From Geosiphon pyriformis uo1 (taxonomy: Eukaryota > Fungi > Glomeromycota): a stretch of DNA of 64,000 bases. The DNA lies in NCBI GenBank assembly GCA_016748015.1, contig JAAOMT010000620.1, forward strand, positions 395,391-459,390, given 5' to 3'. The notes under the pieces are model-generated. The model searched no databases. It saw only the letters and a list, made by a program, of their open reading frames with translations, and was not told the DNA's origin. The position numbers and the translations under genes are program-made. Of the stretch, positions 1 through 12,215 are shown in pieces. Position 1 is the first letter of the stretch. Every line of letters starts with the position of its first letter.

Positions 1-3000
1 AAGGGCTGCTCCAAGATGCTCCGAATCATTCCACCTTTGTCCATTTTGAACTTTTTCATATACTTATCAATTGCATCTTTGATAGGAAATCTTTTGGCCA
101 CCTCAGATTCACAATATTTGGACTTTCTATATTGCTTTCTAACTTTTGAAAGATGATTTATCAAGCCAGCAAAACCCATACCATCCCCAATCATACCAAA
201 AACTTTGGAAGCTTCAGAAGAGTCAACCTTAAACCAAGTGTCAGCCAGATGAACAAAGCCCAAAGTATCATCCCATTTCAGCACTTTTAATAACTTGACA
301 ACCAAAAGCTCTAACCTAGAAAATTTAGAAGAAAGTCTATTTTTAGCACAATTAAATTCACTATACCAATGTCTTGAAAAAAATTTTTCAGCAGAAGCAG
401 TCATGGCATCAGCTAGCATCCCCCACATCCCATCCAAGTTGCCATCATCCTCAGCCATCTTAAACCTATTCAGAGAACCCAAAAGCACACACTCAGAAAG
501 ATCCTTAAAATGCGCCCACTTTTTCTCATTAACATTCTTAATCTTAAACTTCCAGTGATCTTTATTAGCATGCTTGCAGATGCTGTTCAAATGAGCATCT
601 AAAAGACCACCCAACCCAATAGACATCAACACAGCCAAGTGATCTGTGTCAAAAAATTCCGAAACAAAACCAACATCACGATCCACAACCACTGAAATCA
701 AAGAGTCATTAACTAGAATGTAATCCAAAACCTTGCTAATGCCTCTTGAATTGTTCCAAGTAGGAATCCTAGCTAGAGAGTGACCACCAAAAACATTAAC
801 TAAATCCAAACCTAAACATTTCCTAAGACTCACCCCCTTGACTAAGTTGTCTTCATTGAAGTCCCCACCTAAAACAACAAAAGAACTCTTGTTGACAGTA
901 TCAGTAATGAATGAATTAATAACAGAAGCCTGAGCAAAATGGTCACCACCAGACGCACAGGCATAAAGCCCAATGACAGACACAGAAAGCTTGTTTTTGA
1001 ACAAAAGATGAATTGAAAGAACTCTGCCCTTCACCTCCTTGACTTTGGAAACATGACGAACCAGAGAATCATTCACAAAAATAGCCACACCAGCCCCACA
1101 AAACCCAACATTCAGACCAGACATAAAAACCCAAACACCCTCAAACCTTTTCATGATCCATGGTTGTAAACCGAAACACAACTTGGTTTCTGTAACAATT
1201 GAGATCGAACTACTAGATTCCTTATGCCAGCGAAAAATGTCCTCCTGCTTTGCAGGATTGTTCATTCTCTTAACATTACACATGGCAATTTTTCAAATAA
1301 AACTGGTTATTATGATGAAGAGATAACTGAAGAACTTGAGCCAGCACATAACTGATCCAACTTAGCCAAAATCAAACCAATAGAGATGTCGAGGGCAACC
1401 AACTTCGATTCCAGACCACCAACTTTGGAAGTCAGGACTTTGGAACTACTTGGACCCAATAGTGAACTGGTAACACCTGGAGAAAAAGAAGTAGGCTGAA
1501 CAAAAAGATCATCAACCATCATGTCAAAATCCAAGTCAGAGTTTGCAACCACAAGAAAAACAGAGGTTGGGGACTGGAAAACTACCACAGAAGGAGCCAA
1601 TTGAGAGGAAGGCGCCAAGGGTGCCGAACTAATATTGTTGAGATGAGAAAGAATGTTTGAAATTTGTTCAGACAGAAGCTCCACAGAGCATTTCAGAAGC
1701 ACTAAGCGAACACTTAAAGGAGAATTGACTACAGGCAGAGGGGAGAGTATCTCACCCAAACTTAAATCACCAGAAGATGGGGAACTGGAACCAGAACCAG
1801 CACAAAAACCATGAGAGACTAAAGCAACTGAGACCACTTGAGCCCAAGATTTGCCACCAAAGACAGCAGGACGGAAGATCAGTACATTCTTTTTTGCATA
1901 CAATTTGGCCAGCTAGAGACAAGTATCTGGGTTGGTAGGCCTTATAAAAAACTTTGAAGATTTGAAAGCTGATGCAACCTCAGCATCACATTCCAAGGCA
2001 GAATGACCAAACTTCTTACACCGTTTACAGCGAATCAAATCCAGCCTAGTCCATGAGAGTTTCACTCCACCAAGGATTAGTTCTGTGCAAAAAGCTGATT
2101 CCAAAACCTCATCAGAATCAAAACACACAACAGCACAGCAGACCCTATTACCAGTCTCCAATGACCAATTTATAACACAAGTTTTTCTACCAGCCCCTTC
2201 AAGAAGATCCCCAAGATCATGAGCAGTAGTCTCCACTGGCAAAGTAAACAAAAGTGCCTTGAACCAGTCTCTAGATGTCCAAGTTTCACAATCGCCCACC
2301 ACTATAGCCACACAAACCAAGTCTTTACTAATCAAAAAGGACCACTTAGCAGCCAAAGACACAGCCTGTTCCAGTTCAGTGAATTCCACCACAGCCTTTT
2401 GCCATAAACCAATCAACTGGATTTTGATCGACTTAATTTTTCCAAACTTGGATACTGTGGCAACGATTATTTCCTTTGGCATGTCTATGGGAATTTTCTT
2501 GATTACTATGGCCTAATCTGAACATATTCCTTGTCTCTTAAAATTATTGTTTACAATGATGTTATTTTCCTTGGCCAATGAAGCAGCCTTTTTCATGCTT
2601 TCTAATGAAGTAAATGTTGATCAAATAATCTCTTCAAATTTTGAAGGGGTAGTGGCCCCCCCAAAACCATTGAATGTTGAAAACAACTTCCTGATAACTT
2701 AAGTCTTGGCCATAGCCGATTTTCTCTCCACAGCAGATAGATTGATGTCCAAAGTGAATGATTTCTTCACAGTGACTTCTACCTGAAACTTAACAATTTT
2801 GGAGTCCACCCACACCTTCTCCAAAGAGAAAGACAAACGGGAAGGAAGAGAAACTTCCTTCTCATCATTCATGTCATAATTAATAGAGCCGATAGGGGAA
2901 CCAATAGCTGCACCAGTATTGAAACGCTTCGCATTGGGTGTATTCATTTGGGAGTCAGAAGTGCTTTTACCATTAGAGGTTCCTCCATCCGTATTTATGC

Positions 3001-3304
3001 TAGCAAATTGCCCGTCCTCACAAACAGACCCACCATTCTTGAGATTCTTATCCATACTTGAAGATTTAATAGTACTAAGAGACTTTCTGACTTTTTGAGT
3101 TGAATCTCCACCAACTGAACCAGTGGTCGAGACTCTAGCTAACCTTCTCTTAGCTCCAGGCCCACTCATAATGGCAGCCGGTTCAACAATAAAGGGGTTT
3201 GTTTCTTGTAAAATATTGAAAGACAGTATGTAAAACAGAAAAAAGCTTCTTTCAAAATTTGACTCTTTTTCAGGAATTTGGAATGAAGGAGAGAAAGAAG
3301 TTTT
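1..3304 (-). mobile_element. Non-LTR retrotransposon (LINE) copy A: 5' end, ORF1 and start of ORF2; runs off the left edge; pseudogenised
   Basis: ORF1 fragments 2699-3169, 1913-2482 (zinc knuckle CKRCKKFGHSALEC) and 1310-1903. ORF2 APE endonuclease begins at ~1310 (KIAMCNVKRMNNPAKQED...TETKL; GGDFNE near 800-870). 5' terminus AAAACTTCTTTCTC is shared with copies B and C. Many in-frame stops. Confidence 0.92.
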
Positions 3305-4500
3305 TTATTATAAATAATATTTGTTGTTAATATTAATTAATAATTATTGCTATATAGATTATTATGCTATTTAATTTTTTTATACTATTATAATTTTTGT
3401 TAATTTTTAAATAATTAATAATATATATAGTATTTTATAATAAAAATTATTTTTTTATAAAAAACTTAATTAGATTTTTTTTAAAATAATAATAATAATT
3501 TAAAATAAAATTGTTAAAATTATAAATTAATTTTTTAAGCTTTTAATAATTTAATTTAATTTACTAAAATTAATAATTAAGTAATTTAAAATATTATTTT
3601 AATATTGTAAATTAAAATAATATTATAAAATTATATTAACAAATATATTAGTAATTATATTAGCAAAAATATATAATTAATATTTAATTCAAGATTAATA
3701 ACATGTTTTTTAGCTATTTTTAATAAATATATAATACTATATAATATAATAACTAAAAAATTTATAATATTTACATAAATTATATTATTATTACCAATTA
3801 AATTTTTATATTTTATCTTCATTTAAAGCTTTAAATTAAGTAATTATATACAATTTTTATAAATAACTATCAAATTATATATAAATTAATTAAACTTGAT
3901 CTAAGATACTTTGTATTATTAAAAACTGTTTTAGTTTTCTTTAATTACTTATTAAGAGTAAATTTTTTATATAAAATTATATATAAATTAATATTAAAAA
4001 AACTTAAAACCAATAATTAAAATATTATTAATAATATTAAACTTATATCAGTTAAGAATTTTTAACAGAAAGACTAATTATTCAACAATTTATAATAAGT
4101 AAACAAATTTAAATCACAAATAAAAACATGATTTAAAAACTTTATTTTTTTATAATATATATATAATATATTTAAATATCTGTAATTATATAGTTATTTT
4201 CAAATAACAATTAATAATTTCTTATGTAAAGTCTTTATTATATAAGTTTATAAGTCAACAATATACTTATTTATATATTTAACAATTATATAAAAGTAAA
4301 AATACTAAACCAAAATAATTAAATACCAATTAATATTATTAATAAGCAAGAAGACTATTACTTTTAAATTTGGATTAATTTTTTACAAAAATTATTTAAT
4401 TATATTATTTATTAACTTAACAAAATAATATGTATTATCAGAAATTATTTAATTATTAATCATTAAAAAACAAGTTTTAATAATATAGTTTGTTTTATTA
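3305..4500. other. Extremely AT-rich decayed repeat relic, class unresolved
   Basis: Almost no C/G, no ORF, lies between two LINEs. Weak resemblance of the left part to the Ty3 Cys-rich region. Confidence 0.4.
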
Positions 4501-4505
4501 ATATA

Positions 4506-7500
4506 TTTTTTATTATTATTAGTTTAACGAATGCAGTCCAATCACTATCTAATACAATACAACTATCTAAAGTTCTAAATTAAATGTGATTCATGCTTTT
4601 ACTATATGTAACCAGCCACTTGGCCAATTAAGACTACACTATGCAAATAAATTCACTGTAACTTTGCCAGCAGCACCAGTGAAAAACAAACAACCAATAC
4701 TTAGGCCAAAGTTGGTGATGTGATCCCTCTCAATTCTCAATAAATAAACAACACCACCTGAAACCTTAGCAGGAAGACCCTGAATGATATCATATAAAGA
4801 CTTATCCATACATAGTGATCCACAACATTTTATCTCAGCTTGAAGTTTTGAATTAGGCACCCAAATCCACTCCCTATGGCCAGTGGCCATACTCCAAACA
4901 AACTCAACTAGATTAGACATTGCAAGCTTAGTATTCACAAAAAATGCTTTAGCCTCAATTATATAAGTGCTTTCTAACAGCCATAGGCAGCCTTCTATGC
5001 AAAGCTTTCATTAAATATGTGCACAAACTAGCAGTGGCTCTGCTTATATATCCTGTAGACATATGGGAATCAGGGTGCCAGACCAAGACAGTACAAATCC
5101 AATTTATGTTTCTGATCTGCAAAGGATCCACAATGCTTGAATCTGGTCCAAATTTCTATTGAAAGCATTTAACAGTATCATTTGTTTTCCTAATAAAATG
5201 GCAAGCATTGTTAGAAATCACCTTATCATCTGCCATTAAGATTTTTTCTTTGATATTAGCTGAAAAAACAAGCCCTGATGAAGTGGTTAGATCTGTCAAC
5301 CAATCAGCATGCTTGTTGTCTAACACACCAAAGTGACTCTTCACTTTTGTCCAAGTGACAAAAATGTTTTTTCTTTTGACCAAGTTGCTAATATGATGAC
5401 ACTTTATTCAGCATCTGTTGCAAAAATTAGAAGCTACCAATCTCAACTCTGTCTAACAAGCATTCAAAGAGACCTGACTGTCAGAAAAAACGGTAATATT
5501 TGAGGAAGCCAGAATGCACTCAAGAGCCAGTACAACAGCCTGTATTTCAGCTAAGATAGATGATAGCAAACCATGGACTTCCATATCTATGTGCAAACTC
5601 AGATCAGAAAAATAGATGGCAGTCTTTCCAACAGCACCAGAAGTACCAAAGCTCTTAACAAAACTATCAGTATAAACTGAGATCACTGGCAAAGAAGTGT
5701 CTTTTAAACTAAAATGAATGAAACTAAAGTGGTCTGTATTAGAAACATCTAATCTGGAAGGGGACTCAAAAGTGGGAGATGAACTTTTAACCAAACCACC
5801 ACTCTTAACCATAAGGGTTCCAGACTTCTGGAATCTAATCATTTCTAATGGCAAAAATTCTTCTAATTAAAACATTCTCCATGACTGTTCAATAACTGTT
5901 CTACAAAAATAATTCCAAAATGCTTTAGTGATCTGCAAGTCTGGAGATACAGTGCCTGGTTCAAAATATTCATAATGGGAAAACCATGCTTAAAACGAAA
6001 AGCATTGGGCAAGCTATTAGCTAAGAAGATCTCATTATGCAAAAAAATTTTAGTAACACCAGCCAAAAAATTGTTCATTGGATTAATCATTAACTTAACA
6101 GGAAATTGAAAAGGGTTCTGAGATACCCAGCCCAAAACCTACAAGTTCATTGATTTATGCCCAAATAGTCAATCCATTAATTTATTATCATTAGTAAACT
6201 GTAACACTGATGAGACTTTTGCTTCTGCCTGAACTTGTTTAAAGGGCTTCAAATTGTATAAAAAGGGATGGTGCACCACCTCATTAGGAAAGTTCTTGGG
6301 CAAACTGGCCTTAGATTTCAACCCTTTTTTGATCATATGGTCCCATTTTTCGCATGTGCCTCTATTAACAAAGCTAAATTAAGTTTTATATTTCACTATG
6401 GGTTGTAAAACAGTTGATACCAAATAAGAGAACTGCTTGTTTATAATAGCTTTGCACAAAACCATGGATGAGAAAAACTTGACATCTGAATTTGCCTTCT
6501 TTAAACTCAAACCAAAAAAACCTTTAGTTGACAGAAAAATACCTAAATACTAATGAGTCTTACCAGCCTTTGTGATTGAAATTGGAGACCCACTTACTTC
6601 CAAAGAAGCATTGCTGATTCTTGGGTTAATAAGAATGGCAACTGTCTTTTCCATGTTGATTGATATATCTATTAATTCAAAAAACTTACTAGCAATGTTC
6701 AAAATATTCTGTGTTGCTATACAACAATTGCCAATTCAAATGGTATTATCCACGAAAGCACCAGCAGCCAAATAAGAAGTCAAACCAGCATTTGACTCTA
6801 TTTTGTCCATTCTGGCCACAAATTTAGAATCGACTTGATACCTGAAAAAAACTCATGCTTCTTCACCTTGTACAGCAGAAGATCATAAAAAATTCTTCAC
6901 AAAAGAGGAGAAAAAACTTTCCCCTAGTCCAGACTATTGTGGACTTTGTAACCCTTGGACAAACCAAAGTCCATCATAACTCTATTTGTGCAGCCATTGT
7001 GAATACTACCAAAAAACCTAACAAACCTATCACACATTTTGATCCTCTCTAAACTACTTTTCAAATGCAACCAGCCTACTAAATCATAAGCTTTGCACAT
7101 ATCTTGAAGTACCAGCCAAAGTTTTCTGCCTTTTTCCAAAGCATCTTTCACAACAGATCCTACAACAAAGATAGAGGATTGAGTAGAAGTGCCTTTTAAT
7201 ACTGAAAAGTTGTTCTTACAAAGAACATTATGTGTGCTGCAAGCTCTCAAAATACGATCATATAGAATTTTTGAAAAAATTTTTCTAGAAGTCTCAATGA
7301 GAGCAATAAGTCTGGTGTTTATTAGTATCTTTTTCCACTCATAAGGTTTTAGAATTATGGATACCCAGGCTTTTTTCCAGGTATTTGGAACAGATTCACA
7401 TATCAAACACCAGTTGAGCAGATGCAAAAGAAAGACCAAAACAAACTTATCACAATGTTTTCACATCTCATTAGAGATACCAGACAAACCAGCAGCTTTG

Positions 7501-10500
7501 CCATTAGGAAGATCTTTAACCACAAATAAAAATTCATCAAAATCAATTTGCTTCATCATGCCAAAAAACACACCATCATTGACATAAATGAGAGAAGAGA
7601 ATTGTTCTTGCCAACAGGAAGGCACAAAAGGTTTGACTGCATGTTTCCTGGTTCAATTCTCCATAATTGAATCCACCCTGCCTTTGACCAAATCAGGCTC
7701 TAAAACCAAATCTCCATTATCAATCAGATGATCCAATATAACTTTTCAGAAAGGTTTCTTCAACACACTTCTGATCATTTGATCTTTGTTGTTTGCAAAA
7801 GCTTTCATGTGCTTATCAATAGCTGCCTAGATTCATAAATCTTTAGTAGCCTTAGAGTCCAAAAAGTTATAAGACTTATATAATTTTCTAAAATGAGCCA
7901 GTGATTGTTTAACCAATACTTTGTCATGACTATTGCCCAAGGAACTTTTAAACTTCATAGCTTGATTAAGATCCAAGTCAGCCCATCTATTAACTAAAGC
8001 CTGAAATTTTTCCAAATTTTTTGATTTGTATGCATTCAAAATTTTCACCACCAAAAGCTCTAACTTGTGAAATCTAAAAGATATAGCAGTCTTGACCAAC
8101 TTATTATCCCTGTATCATGTTTTTGCGAGAGTAGCTTCTGCTGCAGAGCATACCATCTGACAAAGCTGTGTTCACATTCTATTGATATTGACTTTAGTTT
8201 TGTGGTATTCAAAATCACCAGTGGCCTTTGAAGCAGCAGCCAACAATGCATCCTCAAACTTTTTCCAAATCTCACCATTGATGTTACTGACTTTGTATCT
8301 CCATTTTTTTTTCATGGCCTGTTTGTGTATTGAATTAAGCTGAGAATCAAGAAGACCCCTTAAACCAATGTCCACCAATATAACCAAGTAGTCAGAATCA
8401 AAAAATTCAATTGGACAGTAAACCCTTTGGTTAAAAGAAGAACTGCGAAAACCATCACTAACTAATATAAAGTCTATGCACCTTTGAACACCCCTTGAAT
8501 TGGACCATGTGGGAAGCCTGTACAAAGAAGAACTATGTAAAGAATCAAGCAAACCCAAATCCAAACATTTCCTGAAGCCTGGACTGTGACCAGAATCATT
8601 TTCATTAAAGTCACTGCCAAGAACTACAAATGTATTACCATTTAAAGCCTTAGCCACCATTGAATTGACAATATGCAAGTGAGCCAGCCTCTTCTCCAAG
8701 GTAGCACCCACATACAAACCCAAAACTGTCACCAAAAGTTTGTTTTTGAAGAGCAATTTTACAGAAATGAGTCAACCAGACACCTCAGAAACTTTGCATA
8801 CGTGCTTTGTTAGAGAAGCATTCATAATTATAGTGATGTCTGCACCCAAATAACCAGACTCTAAACCAGAAGTAAACACTCAAACACCATCAAATTTATT
8901 CATAATTTAAGGATGAACTTTGCCTTTCAACTTTGTTTCAGTAACCACAGAAATCACATTGCCCATACTTTTGTATCAGTGAACAATATCTTCCTGTTTG
9001 GCAGGATTGTTTATGCCTCTGACATTACATGTAGCCACTTTTCACACCAAACCACTTATTGGGATAAAAGAAGAGCTAAAGAACCCAAACCAGAACACAG
9101 ATGATCCAACCTTTCCAAAACTGATCCAATCGAGAACTCAAAAGCTACTATTTTTGATTCCAATCCATCTATCTTGGAGATCAAAACCTTAAAAAAACTT
9201 GAGCTAGAGCCATGGATCATGTTATCAACAGCCAGAAAAGAAGAAGCAGATGTTAACATCATATCATCCAAAACCATATCCACATCCAAATACAACACCA
9301 AAGGGGTAGAAGTGGCTGGAGAAGAAACACTAAAAGGAATCACCATTGGTACCAGTTCTATGTGACTCAACTTTTTCAATATACCAGACACCTAATCCAT
9401 TAAGAGCTCCAAGGAGTGTTTCAAAGTGGCAAGACAAGCATTCAAAGAAGAGCTGTTAGCTGAAGCAAAAAGGGAATCATTGTTTGAATCTGAGGCACCA
9501 GAAAGAGGGAGGCTAGAACTAGAACCAGAACTGAGACGAAAACCACCAGAAAAACCAGCAAGTGAGACCACCTGGGCCCAAGTTTTGCCACCAAAAACAG
9601 CAGGGTGAGAAATCAGAATATTTTTTTCCTATACAATCTTGCCAACTGAAGATAATACTCATCAGAAGCATTTTTTTTAAAGTTTTTTTCAAGAAGAGTA
9701 GAAACCAGAACGTCAGAATTATTATATTCCAAAGCTGAGTGCCTAAACTTTCACACCTTTTGCACCAAACCAGGTCCAATCTAGCCCAAGAAAGTCTTAT
9801 GCCACCAAAAATTGACTCAGTATGAAATGCAGATTCAAGCTCATTTTTAGATTCAAAGCTGACAATGGTGCAGCAATTCTGGTTGTCAGTTTCTAGAGAA
9901 TAATTGATCACACAAGTTTTTTCACCAGTCCCTTCCAAAAGAGTACCGAAATTATGCACAATTGTTTCCACTGGCAATATAAACAAAAGTGCCTTAAAGT
10001 GATTCCTAAACATCCAAGTATTTCAATCTTTTATGGCCATAGCCACACACACTGAGTCTTTCTCAATAAGAAATGACCATCTTGATGCCAGTTACTTTGC
10101 CTGTTCCAATTCGGCAAATTCTACCACAGCCTTCTGCCATATACCAATCAGCTAAATCTTGATCAACTTAATATTACCAAACTCAGATACTGTGATAATA
10201 ATTATTTCCTTTGGCATGTTCATGAGAATTTTCTTGATTATTACAGTCCAATTTAAATGAATTCCTTGTTTTTTGAGATCACTATTTACAATGATCTTCC
10301 TCTCTCTGGCCAATGATGTAGCCTTAATCAAGCTCTCCTCAGAAATAAACATCAATTGGATGATCCCTTCAAACTTTGAGGAAGTAGTGGCCCTCCCAAA
10401 ACTATTAATAGTTGAAAAATTTTTTCTGATAAATTGGGTTTTTGCCGTTGCTAATTTCCCTTTCACAGCTGAGAAATTAATGTCCAAAGCAAAAGATTGC

Positions 10501-11063
10501 CTAACTGAGACTTTCACCTAAGTTTTAACAATTTTGGGATCAATCCACTTCTTATTCAGAAAGATAGAAAGGCAAAGAAGAAGAGACACTTCCTCATCAT
10601 CGTCTATATCAAAGTTGGGAAAACCAAGTAGAGAGCCAAAAGCAGCACTAGTATTGATATGTTTTGTCTTGGGAGTGGTTATAGCCAAATCCAGAAGAGA
10701 CTCACTATTTACACCAGTCATGCCGACATCTTTATTATCTTCAGACAGACTATTCACATCAGAATATGTATTATTATTAGATCCAGATTTACTCAAAGAG
10801 ATATTCTTTTTATCACCAGAGTGTTTAACATTCCCAAGAACCACTTTTTTCTTTTGAGTAAAAAAACCACTAGCAGGGCCATGGAAAGCACCTTTGGGCA
10901 CCTTCTTTTTTGACATATCACCACCTAAAGCAGTTTTTAAATCCATGATAAAAGGGTTATTATTTAAAGAAATATTGAAAAAACTAACAAGAAAAATAGA
11001 AAACTTCTTTTTCAGGAAATACACTTTTTGAAGATTTTTGGAGGTAAGAGAGAAAGAAGTTTT
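4506..11063 (-). mobile_element. Near full-length LINE copy B (ORF1 ~10946-9056; ORF2 APE-RT-RNase H ~9059-4639), pseudogenised
   Basis: ORF1 MDLKTALGGDMSKKK. APE motifs GSDFNE and TWSNSRG..IDF..VS. RT LQDMCKAYD and AFVDN(T) at ~6741-6760. RNase H VYTDS, LAEIQAV, FSDSQ, WTKVKSH..NKHAD. Conserved 3' UTR at ~4575-4640, T-rich tail near 4506, shared 5' terminus at ~11050-11063. Confidence 0.93.
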
Positions 11064-11064
11064 T

Positions 11065-11400
11065 GTTACAATTTTAGAGTATAATTAAGATATTGTTGTT
11101 AATAAACTGTTTAAGAAAAGCAATTTAAAAGCTGCTTAGTTAGCAAAAACTGTTAGTAAGTTTTTAAACAGTTTTTTATAAAAAATAAAAAATTATTAAT
11201 ATATTAACTTATAAATTTTTTATAATAATATTAAAATTGTATTTAATTATTTAAAAAATTTTTTAAATAAAAAATCTTTTATTTAAGAACAAAAAAAATT
11301 TTTTTAATCATAAAAAACTGTTTTTTAATATTTGGTTTTTTTATTTTGTAATTTTTTTATTTTAAATATTTTATTAAATAAACTGGTTATTTTTTTATGT
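11065..11400 (-). mobile_element. Heavily decayed Ty3/gypsy gag relic
   Basis: 11071-11180 aligns by eye with the gag of the better preserved element at 54931-55040, mostly by C>T/G>A changes. Confidence 0.6.
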
Positions 11401-11429
11401 TTTAATTGAATATTTTTAATTTTTAATAA

Positions 11430-12215
11430 AAATCTAAATTTAATAATTAGAACAAATATATATTTAATTTTGTAAAAAATAAATCATGTTTTATAATAAC
11501 TAATAATATTTAAAATATTATATATTTAACAAATTATTATTTATTAAAAAAAGTAAATACAAAAATAAATTTTAAAAAATTAAATCTGTTAACAATTTTA
11601 ATTTATTTATTAAAAATCAATTTGCTATATAATTTAAATATTTTAATAATTACAAACAAGAAATTAAATTAAAAAAATACACAAAATTAATATTAAATAT
11701 GATTTATAATAATTTAAAAAAAAACTTTAATTTTATAACCAAAATTATTAATCAATATAAATTGGTTTTAAATTTTTATTAATAAACAAAAAAGTTAATT
11801 TTAGAAAAAAATTTATTAATATAAAATACACTAAAAATATTACAATAATATTTTAAAATAAAGCCAGAAATTTTTTATAATTAAACATAACAAAAAAATT
11901 GTTTAAATTATTTATTTATTTTTAATCAATATTTTAAATTTATAATTAATCAAAAATCAAAAATATTAAGCAAAAATAATAAAAAAATCCAAGATTTTAG
12001 TTTAATTAAACAATTTATAATATTAGTAAATATAATATTTAATTTTTTATTAAATTTTAAGTTATTTAAACAATTACAATATTATTTTTAAAAAAACATC
12101 AAAAAATATATATTTCTTAAAAACTTATAATAACTTAACAAGATTTTGAATCTAATAAATAAATTTACAAAGAATATAAAAATTTGATTTTTAATATTTA
12201 TTTATTTAAAAAATT
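11430..12215 (+). mobile_element. Heavily decayed Ty3/gypsy pol relic (end of Cys-rich region plus dUTPase)
   Basis: Reads IYLIKNQFAI*FKYFNNYKQEIKLKK.HKINIKYDL...KYTKNITIIF*N...KIQDFSL, colinear with IYLIESQPALQFKYFNNNGQGIKPEKAHEIDAEYDL...GFGST at 52.6-52.1 kb. Confidence 0.75.

Noticed and set aside
4485-4510. TSD for LINE copy B
   Set aside because: Only a short TTTGTT match in eroded AT-rich flanks; not distinguishable from chance.
295-10913. Plus-strand ORFs over LINE copies A and B (and minus-strand ORFs over copy C)
   Set aside because: Antisense shadows of the retroelement ORFs with no independent motifs.
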